Shown here: positions 1 to 8,747 of the stretch, piece after piece
How the letters are laid out: every line of letters starts with the position of its first letter
Position numbering within the stretch: position 1 is the stretch's first letter
NCBI GenBank assembly: GCA_963702895.1
Contig: OY969767.1
Coordinates: forward strand, 1,280,001-1,344,000
DNA length: 64,000 bases
Direction of reading: 5' to 3'
Source of the DNA: an uncultured Elusimicrobia bacterium
Lineage (GTDB): Bacteria; Elusimicrobiota; Elusimicrobia; 2-01-FULL-59-12
Notes under the pieces: model-generated
The model's database searches: none
Seen by the model: the letters and a program-made list of their open reading frames with translations, nothing else
Told to the model about the DNA's origin: nothing
Position numbers and translations under genes: made by a program

Positions 1-384
1 TTGGCTGATGACGCGAAGGGTCTCAGGTTTTTCGACCTCATACAAGGTTCCCTTTTGGCTGGGAATCCTGAGGACGGTACCCTCTTGAAAGACCGACACG
101 TCCAGATCATTCGAGCTGCGGATCGTGAAGGGATCGGTTTTGAAACGTTTGGAGAGGGACCATAGGTCTTCACGGCCTCTGAGGCGATAGGTGATGATGA
201 CTGGTTTTTGGAGCTTATGGATCTGATCGATGGCCGGTGTCGATGGCACCTGCGTAAGGAGGAGCGCTTGAGAATAGGCTGACGGGGGCAGAGCCGCCTC
301 CGAAGTGGATTGGAAAAGATAAACGAAGGGAAACACAAACATGCCACCGATCAGAAGCTGGACAGCGAAAAGCGTCTTCTTCAT
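1..384 (-). CDS. LysM-domain envelope protein (truncated by window edge; possibly a LysM/M23 peptidase)
   Basis: Not in the ORF track. Hand translation from ATG 384 gives MKKTLFAVQLLIGGMFVFPFVYLF...ITYRLRGREDLWSLSKRFKTDPFTIRSSNDLDVSVFQEGTVLRIPSQKG..., i.e. a hydrophobic N-terminus then a LysM-like repeat. Open to base 1. Confidence 0.7.
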   Translation of the reverse strand, partial: MKKTLFAVQLLIGGMFVFPFVYLFQSTSEAALPPSAYSQALLLTQVPSTPAIDQIHKLQKPVIITYRLRGREDLWSLSKRFKTDPFTIRSSNDLDVSVFQEGTVLRIPSQKGTLYEVEKPETLRVISQ

Positions 385-435
385 GCCTTATCCTTAACAG
401 AATCGGCAAGGGAAGTCAAGATAGGGATCGGTCGG

Positions 436-1806
436 CTAGGCGTTGATTTTTTCCATGGAAGAGGTTTCCATGGATTTGAGGAAATCTTTGTTGGATTTGG
501 TCGCCGAAAGCTTCTCCAGCAAGAGTTCCATGGCTTCGATGGGCGTGAGGGAGGACAAGACTTTGCGAAGGATCCACACTTTATTCAATTCCTCGGGGGA
601 AAGAAGCAACTCTTCTTTACGGGTGCCGCTGCGGGAGATGTCAATCGCTGGGAATGTGCGTTTGTCCGCAAGCTTGCGGTCGAGATAGACTTCCATGTTG
701 CCGGTGCCCTTAAATTCTTCAAAGATGACATCGTCCATGCGGCTGCCTGTTTCAACCAGCGCCGTGGCGATGATCGTAAGACTCCCGCCTTCCTCGATGT
801 TTCGAGCCGCACCAAAGAATCGCTTGGGGCGCTGGAGGGCGTTCGAGTCCAATCCGCCAGAGAGCACTCGGCCGCTGGAGGGGGTGATGGTGTTGTAGGC
901 GCGTGCAAGCCGCGTGATGGAATCCAGCAGAATGACAACATCTTTGCCATGTTCGACAAAGCGTTTCGCTTTCTCAATCACCATCTCCGCGACTTGGACA
1001 TGGCGCTCTGCCGGCTCATCAAAGGTTGAAGAGACCACTTCCCCCTTGACGCTGCGCTGCATGTCCGTGACTTCTTCCGGGCGCTCATCGATTAAAAGCA
1101 CTAAAAGCACGATTTCCGGATGATTGGCTGTGATGGCGTTGGCGATTTTCTGCATGATGATGGTCTTACCGGTTCTCGGAGCAGCGTTGATGAGCGCGCG
1201 CTGACCTTTGCCGATGGGAGCCATCAAATCGATCACACGGGACGTTAAGTCGTCCTTTTTATGCTCCAGCGTAATGCGTTTTTCGGGATAAAGGGGCGTT
1301 AAATTGTCGAAAAGGGGTCGTTCGCGCAGCATTTCGAGGTCCGAGCCATTGACGGACTTGACCTGGAGGAGCGCGAAGAATCGTTCCTGTTCCTTGGGGG
1401 GACGCACATAGCCGGCAACCGTATCACCTTTGCGCAAGCCAAACTTCTTGATTTGCGAAGGCGAGATATAAATATCATCGGGACCTGGAAGATAGTTGTA
1501 ATTCGGACTGCGAAGGAAGCCAAAACCATCCGGGAGGATTTCGAGAACCCCTTCATCATAGATCATGCCGCTTTCCTTGGCTTGACCTTCCAGAATCTTG
1601 GCGATGAGTTCCTGTTTGCGAAGGCCAACCGGGGTTTCTAATTTCAGGTCCCGGCCGATCTTCTGGAGTTCGGCAATGGTCAGCTTCGAAAGCACGGTCA
1701 AGTCCATCTTGGGCTCAGTTGGAGTTTGACGGCGCGCTTCCTCCGTCGGAGCTTGTCCGTTCGCAGGAGCTGCTGGTTTAGGCGATGATGGGTTTTCCTG
1801 GTTCAA
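436..1806 (-). CDS. rho: Transcription termination factor Rho
   Basis: [18 protein letters not shown]-binding motif, APPRTGKT-like Walker A (AAPRTGKT), [24 protein letters not shown] start with Pro/Ala-rich N-terminal extension; start uncertain. Confidence 0.98.
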   Translation of the reverse strand: MNQENPSSPKPAAPANGQAPTEEARRQTPTEPKMDLTVLSKLTIAELQKIGRDLKLETPVGLRKQELIAKILEGQAKESGMIYDEGVLEILPDGFGFLRSPNYNYLPGPDDIYISPSQIKKFGLRKGDTVAGYVRPPKEQERFFALLQVKSVNGSDLEMLRERPLFDNLTPLYPEKRITLEHKKDDLTSRVIDLMAPIGKGQRALINAAPRTGKTIIMQKIANAITANHPEIVLLVLLIDERPEEVTDMQRSVKGEVVSSTFDEPAERHVQVAEMVIEKAKRFVEHGKDVVILLDSITRLARAYNTITPSSGRVLSGGLDSNALQRPKRFFGAARNIEEGGSLTIIATALVETGSRMDDVIFEEFKGTGNMEVYLDRKLADKRTFPAIDISRSGTRKEELLLSPEELNKVWILRKVLSSLTPIEAMELLLEKLSATKSNKDFLKSMETSSMEKINA

Positions 1807-1862
1807 ATTCTCTTCGGGATTCGCTTCTTAGGTCTAACCGGTAAGAAGTCTAAAGTGGGGTG

Positions 1863-1890
1863 ATTATACCCCGGGCATTTCTAAAGTCAA
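1863..1890 (-). promoter_or_regulatory. Sigma70-type promoter upstream of rho
   Basis: Minus strand reads TTGACT-16 nt-TATAAT. Confidence 0.75.
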
Positions 1891-1971
1891 GCATTTTTTC
1901 ATTTTCCCAAAAGCTCACGTAACGCCCAAGTCTCATCGGAGCACTTTTCACCGTTTCGGTGCCCCTCCCGT

Positions 1972-2040
1972 CGTCACCCCGGCGAAAGCCGGGGTCCAGT
2001 CCGTCGGAGGTTCTGGATACCGGCGTTCGCCGGTATGACG
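1972..2040. repeat. CGTC-tagged REP-like palindromic repeat
   Basis: CGTCACCCCGGCGAAAGCCGGGGTCCAG...CTGGATACCGGCGTTCGCCGGTATGACG: two internal hairpins with complementary CGTCA/TGACG ends. Confidence 0.85.
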
Positions 2041-2065
2041 GCATTGGCTTACGTGAGGATTTGGG

Positions 2066-2656
2066 TCATTTTGTCTGAAGACTCTTCAGCAGGAGCCGCA
2101 CCTGGGCCTTCAGCATGGACGTCCCCCTGGTGTTGTCGATGCGGACATCCGCTTTCCCGCGTTTACCTGAAAGAGGCATTTGCGCTCGAAGACGGACAAG
2201 AGCCGCGGTGCGTGAGCAGTGGTCACGTTTCATTAAACGCAAGATCTGCTGCTTGCGAGTGCAATAGACGACCACCGATCGATTGACAAGACGGGTGAGG
2301 TGCGCCTCAAACAGGAGCGGGATATCGAGGGCGATCAACCCGTCGTGGCCTCGGATAAAGTGCCTGAGTCCTCGGATCACGCAAGGGTGTACGATCCGCT
2401 CCAGCACCTGACGCTTGGCGGGCTCAGAAAAGACAATCTTTCCCAATTTCTTGCGGTCGATCTGACCGGCTTGGCCAAGAATCCCGCGGCCAAAGCGCGC
2501 CAGGATCGCTCGGTAGGCGGGTTGACCTCTGCGGATACATTGGTGAGCCAGATCGTCCGAAGAAATGCCCGGGATCCCGTGTCGAGCCAGCATCCGCATC
2601 ACGGTTGTCTTGCCGGAAGCGATACCCCCCGTGATCCCCAAGACATAGGCTCTCAT
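2066..2656 (-). CDS. coaE: Dephospho-CoA kinase
   Basis: GITGGIASGKTT P-loop and DIPLLFE. Start reassigned to ATG 2656, which overlaps the mutM stop. Confidence 0.95.
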   Translation of the reverse strand: MRAYVLGITGGIASGKTTVMRMLARHGIPGISSDDLAHQCIRRGQPAYRAILARFGRGILGQAGQIDRKKLGKIVFSEPAKRQVLERIVHPCVIRGLRHFIRGHDGLIALDIPLLFEAHLTRLVNRSVVVYCTRKQQILRLMKRDHCSRTAALVRLRAQMPLSGKRGKADVRIDNTRGTSMLKAQVRLLLKSLQTK

Positions 2657-3462
2657 TTCTGGCACCTCGGACAGTAGACGCTGCTGCGTCCACCCACGCG
2701 AATGCCACGCAACTGTGCATGGCAACGCGGGCACGAAGAGCCGGCTTTCCTATAAACCAAGTGCCGTGTTTGCGCTGAACCGGGATGACCGAAAGCGTCC
2801 ATGTAATTTCGGCTGGTGGAACCGCGATGTTCAATGGCTTCTTCGAGTGTCTCCAGTAAGGAATCAAAGAGCCGTGCGCCTTCCGCTTGCGTGACACGGC
2901 AACTTGCGCGCGTGGGCCGGATTGCGGCCTTAAAGAGCGCTTCCTGTGCGTAGATGTTGCCTACCCCGGCCAGTGCCTGCTGGTCCATGAGCAAGGGCTG
3001 TATTTTTGTTTTCCTTTTCTTGAGAAGATGAGAAAAATGTCGGAAATCCAGTTCCGTCAGCGCATCAGGACCCAGAGGACGGCGGGAACGCCATCGCTCC
3101 CCTGGAGCAAGCAGCCAAGCTTCGGCGAATCGTCGTTGGTCGTAGAGCCCGAGGTGCTTGCCACTCCCAAAGCACAGAAGGAGGCGCGCCTTCTTGTCGA
3201 TCGACGGATCTTGAAGGATGAGTTGCCCCGTCATTCGTAAATGAAAAATGATCTGATAGTCATTACTGAGCCGCACAAAAAGATATTTGCCCTTCCGGTC
3301 AAACCCTAAGCAGCGCGCACCCGGGACCACCCTTTGCCATCGATCCTGCTCTTGAGGTGGAAGGAGCCGCTGATCGTAAACGAGCACAGAGGTGACCGTA
3401 TCACCCTGGAGCGACATTTCGAGGTCTCGGCGGATCGTTTCAACTTCCGGCAGTTCCGGCAT
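2653..3462 (-). CDS. mutM: Formamidopyrimidine-DNA glycosylase
   Basis: N-terminal MPELPEVE, HLRMTG, GVGNIYA, C-terminal CPRC..CPRCQ zinc finger. Confidence 0.98.
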   Translation of the reverse strand: MPELPEVETIRRDLEMSLQGDTVTSVLVYDQRLLPPQEQDRWQRVVPGARCLGFDRKGKYLFVRLSNDYQIIFHLRMTGQLILQDPSIDKKARLLLCFGSGKHLGLYDQRRFAEAWLLAPGERWRSRRPLGPDALTELDFRHFSHLLKKRKTKIQPLLMDQQALAGVGNIYAQEALFKAAIRPTRASCRVTQAEGARLFDSLLETLEEAIEHRGSTSRNYMDAFGHPGSAQTRHLVYRKAGSSCPRCHAQLRGIRVGGRSSVYCPRCQK

Positions 3463-4250
3463 CAGTGCTTCCTCTTCGAATAGCGGTCCATGATTTTCTT
3501 CTCTTCAGGCGTTAAGCTGCCTACACCCTCTTGGAGGACCTTGTCGAGGATCTTATCGACGCGCGAGATGAGCTCATCGGTGACCTCCTGCAGTTCAATG
3601 CGCGACTTCGGTCGACGCGCCGCCCGGAACCAGCTTTTCACACGGATGAAGAGAAAGCCAGCGTACCTCAAATAGAGAAAGCCCGTGACCATGCCGCCGA
3701 GATGCGCGAACCTTGAAATGCCCTGACCTCCGCCGGAAAACCCTGCGAAGAACTCAATCAGCGCGAAAAGCAAAGCCGCATGCCAGACTTTCATGGGGAT
3801 CATGAAATACATGTACATGACCGCATTGGGAAAGAGCATGGCAAAGGCAACAATCAGCCCGAAGACAGCGCCCGACGCGCCGATGGTGGGCGCAAGCGAG
3901 TGAGGTGTCAGCAAGAGAACACAGAAGGCTGCCCCGAGACCTGTGATCAGGAAATACTTAAGAAATTCGAGCGTGCCCCACCGCCGCTCGAGCTCGGCGC
4001 CGAACATCCATAAAATGAACATGTTGAAAAGCCAATGAAAAAGTCCGCCATGCAAAAACAGGTAGGTGACGGGCTGCCAAAGCCAAAACCGATCGAGCAC
4101 CCTGGCGGGAACAAGACCCAGGACAGGCACGATGGCCTGACCCGCGAACTGTTGAAGGGCAAGGAACGCTCCTGAAATGACCACGATCCAGAGAATGGCG
4201 CTGTTCGGCCTCAGGCGATCGATCGGGCGGTGAAGATCGTAAAAAGCCAT
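3462..4250 (-). CDS. Rhomboid family intramembrane serine protease
   Basis: FLHGGLFHWLFNM, catalytic GASG and AHLGG motifs; C-terminal 'VDKILDKV..GSLT..EK' tail. Confidence 0.93.
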   Translation of the reverse strand: MAFYDLHRPIDRLRPNSAILWIVVISGAFLALQQFAGQAIVPVLGLVPARVLDRFWLWQPVTYLFLHGGLFHWLFNMFILWMFGAELERRWGTLEFLKYFLITGLGAAFCVLLLTPHSLAPTIGASGAVFGLIVAFAMLFPNAVMYMYFMIPMKVWHAALLFALIEFFAGFSGGGQGISRFAHLGGMVTGFLYLRYAGFLFIRVKSWFRAARRPKSRIELQEVTDELISRVDKILDKVLQEGVGSLTPEEKKIMDRYSKRKH

Positions 4251-6937
4251 CAGTTTTTCCCCGCCGCCTTCATATCGGCCCAGTTCCTGCCGACCTTGAG
4301 ATCAACGACGAGCGGTATGCTGAGTTTTAAGGCGCTTTCCATAATCGCGCGGATCACGTTCTGTGAGTTCACCATCGCCCCTTGCGGTATCTCAAAAAGA
4401 AGCTCGTCGTGTACCTGCACGAGCATGGCTCCGTCCCAGAGACCGGAGGCGCGCTCATGGCAAAGTTTGATCATCGCAAGCTTGATCGCGTCAGCGCTTG
4501 TCCCTTGGATGGGCGTATTCATGGCCGTGCGCTCCGCAAAAGCGCGGACAACCCCGTTGGGTGAGTTAATCTCCGGGAGATACCGAATGCGGCCAAGAAG
4601 TGTCCGAACAGAACCATCCTTGCGGGCTGATTCTATCGTTTTTTCAATCCATGCTTTCACGCCCGGATAGCGGGCGAAGTAGCTCTGGATGTGACGCTCC
4701 GCATCTTGTACGGGTATCCCTAACTGCTGCGACAGGCCAAAGGCGGAGATGCCGTAGACAATTCCAAAGTTAATGGATTTGGCGACCCGGCGAATTTCGG
4801 GCGTGACTTGGTCGGGTCTTGTTCCAAAGATCTCACAAGCGGTTGCGCTATGAATATCTTCACCCTCCCGAAAGGCCCGGCATAGCGCCTCATCGCCTGA
4901 GATATGGGCGAGCATTCTTAAGTCAATCTGCGAGTAATCGGCGGACAAGAGGAGATGGCCGTCTTTCGGGATAAAGCAGCGCCGGATGCGTCGACCCAGG
5001 TCGGTGCGGACAGGGATGTTCTGGAGGTTCGGATTGGAGGAGGAAAGCCTGCCCGTGGCAGCGACGGCCTGATTAAAGGAGGTATGCACACGGTCTTCCG
5101 GCCCCCCGGCTGCCGAGAGAAGACCCTCGATGTAAGTGGACTGCATCTTTTGGATCTCTCGATAATCGATGAGGCGTTTCGGAAGCGGGTGCTTGTCCGA
5201 AAGTTTGGTCAAAACCTCCTCATCGGTCGAGGTCCCGGTTTTCGTTCTCCTGATCACCGGGAGCTTGAGTCTTTCAAAGAGGATGGTTGAGAGCTGCTTG
5301 GGTGAATTCACGTTAAACGTCTCGCCAGCCAGGACATAGATCTCCTGTTCCATGCGCCTCGCCTGCTCGCCAAGCTCCCGGCCCAGAGCCTCGAGATACG
5401 GCCTGTCGATCCGGATGCCGGCGCGCTCCATATCTGCAAGGATCCTTACCAGGGGCATTTCCATATCGTCAAACAAAGATCTGAGCTGCTTCTCGTCAAG
5501 CATGGGGGCGAACTTTTCGGCGAGGCGCAAGGTCATGTCGGCGTCAGCGCAGGCATAGTCCCTCGCGTTTTCGATTGGCACAGTCTCCATCGTAATCTGC
5601 TTGGCGCCTTTGCCAATCATCTGCTCAAGGGTTGTCATGGGCTCTCCAAGAAGATCTGCAACCAGATCTTTGAGACCATGATTGTTGCGTGAAGGGTTCA
5701 GAACATAGGACGCAACCATCGTGTCGAAGGAGAGCTTGTTCACCTGGAATCCGTGCGATTCGAGCACCTGAACATCAAATTTGAGGTTATGCCCACAGAG
5801 ATGGACATTCGGATTCTGGAACAGGGCGGAGAGATGTCTCCGGACCGTCTCCATGGGTATCTGCTCCGTTGCTCCTAAGACCTGGTGCCCGACGGGGATA
5901 TAGCAGGCAGAGCGGTCCTGATAAGACAGGGAGATGCCCACCAGACGCGCTTGAAAAGGGTCGAGGCCCGAGGTCTCTGTATCAAGGGCAAGAAGGGGCG
6001 CCGTCGCGGCCTGGCTGAGCCAGCTCTTCAGCGCGCTTTCTGATGTGAGGGCGATGTAGTCGCGGTCTTTTGTGTCGATCGGTTGGCCAGATGTTGGAAG
6101 AAGTTCTTTGGCAAGGGCCAGGAATTCCAGTTTTTTAAGAAAAGGGAGCAAGGCCTCTTGTTTGGGAGATACAGAACGGCACTTCTCCCAATCAACCGTT
6201 AGAGGCACAGACTTATCGAGCTTGACCAGTTCTCGGCATTGCCGAGCCAGGTCGGCATGTTTCAGGAGGAGCATGCCGGTCTTGCCTTTGACCGTGGAAG
6301 CGTTCTCCAGAAGAGCGTCCAGAGTGCCATATTCCTGGATCAGTTTGACAGCCGTCTTCTCCCCTATGCCGGGAACACCTGGAATATTGTCACCCGAGTC
6401 TCCCATGAGCGCGAAAACGTCTGGGATTTGCTCTGGCTGAACACCATAACGCGCTTGCACTTCCATAGAACTGTAGAGGAGCGACTTTTGTTCGTTGAGG
6501 ACCTTCACCGCTTCCCCGACAAGCTGAAGAACATCCTTATCGCCCGAAACGATCACGACGTCCCATCCTTGTTTCCGACCTTCCCGCGTCAAATGGGCAA
6601 TGAGATCATCGGCCTCATAGCCGTCCCTCTCGAACCCAGCCAAGTTCAAAGCTTCGATCGCCTCGCGTGCGAGCGGAAATTGGCTCACCAGCGACGGGTC
6701 CGTCTCTTTTCTTGTGGCTTTGTAAGCTTCGAAAACTTCGTGGCGGAACGTTGGAGCGGCTGTATCAAAGCAAACAGCCAAGTAGTCCGGTTTATACTCT
6801 TTCTTGATCTTTAAAATCATTCGCATGAAGCCATAAACCGCATGGACAGGCTGGCCCTCCGAGGTCGTAAGAGGCGGCAGAGCGTGAAAGGCACGGTGGA
6901 GGTAGGCATGCGCGTCAATCAGGAACAAACTAGGCAT
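4250..6937 (-). CDS. polA: DNA polymerase I
   Basis: 5'-3' exonuclease (EADD, GDKD), 3'-5' exonuclease (DTET), polymerase motifs DYSQID, AKSINFGIVYG and QVHDEL. Confidence 0.99.
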   Translation of the reverse strand: MPSLFLIDAHAYLHRAFHALPPLTTSEGQPVHAVYGFMRMILKIKKEYKPDYLAVCFDTAAPTFRHEVFEAYKATRKETDPSLVSQFPLAREAIEALNLAGFERDGYEADDLIAHLTREGRKQGWDVVIVSGDKDVLQLVGEAVKVLNEQKSLLYSSMEVQARYGVQPEQIPDVFALMGDSGDNIPGVPGIGEKTAVKLIQEYGTLDALLENASTVKGKTGMLLLKHADLARQCRELVKLDKSVPLTVDWEKCRSVSPKQEALLPFLKKLEFLALAKELLPTSGQPIDTKDRDYIALTSESALKSWLSQAATAPLLALDTETSGLDPFQARLVGISLSYQDRSACYIPVGHQVLGATEQIPMETVRRHLSALFQNPNVHLCGHNLKFDVQVLESHGFQVNKLSFDTMVASYVLNPSRNNHGLKDLVADLLGEPMTTLEQMIGKGAKQITMETVPIENARDYACADADMTLRLAEKFAPMLDEKQLRSLFDDMEMPLVRILADMERAGIRIDRPYLEALGRELGEQARRMEQEIYVLAGETFNVNSPKQLSTILFERLKLPVIRRTKTGTSTDEEVLTKLSDKHPLPKRLIDYREIQKMQSTYIEGLLSAAGGPEDRVHTSFNQAVAATGRLSSSNPNLQNIPVRTDLGRRIRRCFIPKDGHLLLSADYSQIDLRMLAHISGDEALCRAFREGEDIHSATACEIFGTRPDQVTPEIRRVAKSINFGIVYGISAFGLSQQLGIPVQDAERHIQSYFARYPGVKAWIEKTIESARKDGSVRTLLGRIRYLPEINSPNGVVRAFAERTAMNTPIQGTSADAIKLAMIKLCHERASGLWDGAMLVQVHDELLFEIPQGAMVNSQNVIRAIMESALKLSIPLVVDLKVGRNWADMKAAGKN

Positions 6938-6949
6938 GGGAAGTTAGAA

Positions 6950-7477
6950 CTAAAGCTTTTGGGCGACTGCTGATTTAAGGTCGTTTTCCCACATGGCCAC
7001 CATCTCTGGGGAGAAGCCCTGATAGACTTGCGTCACGCGGCCCCGGGGATCCACAAAAACGAAGTGAGGAAGTCCCTCCACCTGGTAGTCGGCCGGAACC
7101 GTGGAATTCCCTGCAAAAAGAACAGGATAAGTCATCTTATATTGCTGAACAAATGGAAACACGCTGGCAGGATCATCATCCATATTGAGCCCAAGGACGA
7201 TGAGACCTTCATCCTTATGGCGTAGATAGAACTCCTGCAACAGGGGGATAGACATCCGGCATGGTCCACACCAGGTCGCCCAGAAATCGAGCAAAACAGG
7301 GCGACCTCGATAGTCGTCGAGACTCACCCTCTGTCCTGATAAGTCCTTCAGTTCGAAGTTTGGCGCTGCTCCAAGCTCGTGTCTGCGGTCTGAGGAGCAT
7401 GCCAAGAGCATCCCCATGGACAAGGCAAAAGCAGCGACAACGCGCTTCCCTGAGCGCTTAGCCGACGAGGAGCGCAT
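6950..7477 (-). CDS. TlpA/ResA-family thiol-disulfide oxidoreductase lipoprotein
   Basis: LLAC lipobox and FWATWCGPC. The ORF-track N-terminus overlaps trxA, so the start is placed near 7477 (uncertain). Confidence 0.88.
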   Translation of the reverse strand: MRSSSAKRSGKRVVAAFALSMGMLLACSSDRRHELGAAPNFELKDLSGQRVSLDDYRGRPVLLDFWATWCGPCRMSIPLLQEFYLRHKDEGLIVLGLNMDDDPASVFPFVQQYKMTYPVLFAGNSTVPADYQVEGLPHFVFVDPRGRVTQVYQGFSPEMVAMWENDLKSAVAQKL

Positions 7478-7784
7478 CCAGTCGTTTCTTGATTTCGAGT
7501 TTGGGATGAACACCGACGAGCTGATCCACGACCTTCCCCCCCTTAAAAAAAAGCAGGGTCGGAATAGCCGAGATGCGAAAACGGGTCGCCACCTGCGCGT
7601 TGTCATCGGTATTGAGCTTTCCCACTTTGATCTTCCCGTCATACTCCTTGGAGAGCTCCTCCACCAGGGGTGAGAGCATCCGGCAGGGGCCACACCAAGG
7701 AGCCCAAAAATCGACCAAAACAGGCCGGTCTGACTTGACCACTTCGCTCTCAAAACTTGCGTCCGAGAATTGCATCTCAGCCAT
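7458..7784 (-). CDS. trxA: Thioredoxin
   Basis: FWAPWCGPC; AAGGAG RBS before ATG 7784; 108 aa. Confidence 0.96.
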   Translation of the reverse strand: MAEMQFSDASFESEVVKSDRPVLVDFWAPWCGPCRMLSPLVEELSKEYDGKIKVGKLNTDDNAQVATRFRISAIPTLLFFKGGKVVDQLVGVHPKLEIKKRLDALLVG

Positions 7785-7893
7785 ACAACGCTCCTTTTGT
7801 AGCACGATTCGTCATGGGTGCAACCATGCTCACCCACATCATTGCTTGGAATGATACCAATTCAGTAGAGCCAGAAGAAGTGCTTCTGACTTT

Positions 7894-7910
7894 TGTAACA
7901 TGCTTGTAAC
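7894..7910 (+). promoter_or_regulatory. Candidate OmpR/PhoB-family response-regulator box
   Basis: TGTAAC-N5-TGTAAC direct repeat (11-bp period) in the divergent intergenic region. Confidence 0.45.
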
Positions 7911-7935
7911 ATTCATCAGTATCCTTAATAGTGCG

Positions 7936-8280
7936 ATGGGACTGCATCAACGAAATAAGAGGGTTTTGTTCAACATCAGCATCCTCGTTCTCATGCTGGG
8001 GAGCTTGGTGTTGACGTACGCGTTGTCCAACGAATATACGGGTCATTTCTCCCCCAGCGACTACATTACGGTGACGCTGGAACGCGCCCAGGCAGAACTC
8101 GAAGAGCTCCAAGGTGCCCTGCGGAACGCGTCCCTGACGCCCCGAGAATTCCTCAACAAAGTGCACCGTATCTCCTCCCGAAACAAGCGGGTCAAGCAAA
8201 ACCGGAACACCCCTGAGGCTAACGATGAGCACGTCATCGATATCACGGGTCTGGAGCTTCCCGGTACTCAGAATAAATAA
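7936..8280 (+). CDS. Hypothetical single-pass membrane protein with coiled coil
   Basis: Only plausible ORF in the gap; one hydrophobic helix followed by an amphipathic helix. Confidence 0.6.
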   Translation: MGLHQRNKRVLFNISILVLMLGSLVLTYALSNEYTGHFSPSDYITVTLERAQAELEELQGALRNASLTPREFLNKVHRISSRNKRVKQNRNTPEANDEHVIDITGLELPGTQNK

Positions 8281-8289
8281 TCTAAGGAT

Positions 8290-8736
8290 TTACTTTTCTG
8301 CTTGACGTATCGCCTGAAGAACACCTTGCGGGCTGTCGAGCTTGCAGAGTTTGTCCATGAACCCCTTCTTTTGAAACAGCGCGGAAACATTCGCAAGAAA
8401 CGCGAGATGCTCCTTCATATTATCCGAGGGGCCCAAGAACAAGACATAAATTTGAATAGGGGCGCCCCCACTCTGCGGGTCATGGACACCGGTTGGGCAG
8501 ATGCCGATGGCCGCCTTGAGTTGCTTGAGACCCTCGAGCCGCGCATGAGGAAGAGCGAGCCCTGGAGCGATGATGGTTGAACCCATTTCTTCCCGCGACA
8601 AGATGGCGTTGAGGGCCGACGAAGGGTCAGCAAGATCCAAGAGTGCGATGAGACTGCCCAGAGCCTGCCGTTTCGAAGGGCCTGCCGTAAAAAAGGCGAC
8701 GGTTGAATTGGAAAGATAGTCAGAGACTTTTTTCAT
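8290..8736 (-). CDS. PTS EIIA (Ntr/fructose-type) domain protein
   Basis: REEMGSTIIAPGLALPHAR with the phospho-accepting His. Confidence 0.9.
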   Translation of the reverse strand: MKKVSDYLSNSTVAFFTAGPSKRQALGSLIALLDLADPSSALNAILSREEMGSTIIAPGLALPHARLEGLKQLKAAIGICPTGVHDPQSGGAPIQIYVLFLGPSDNMKEHLAFLANVSALFQKKGFMDKLCKLDSPQGVLQAIRQAEK

Positions 8737-8747
8737 CGATTCCTGTC

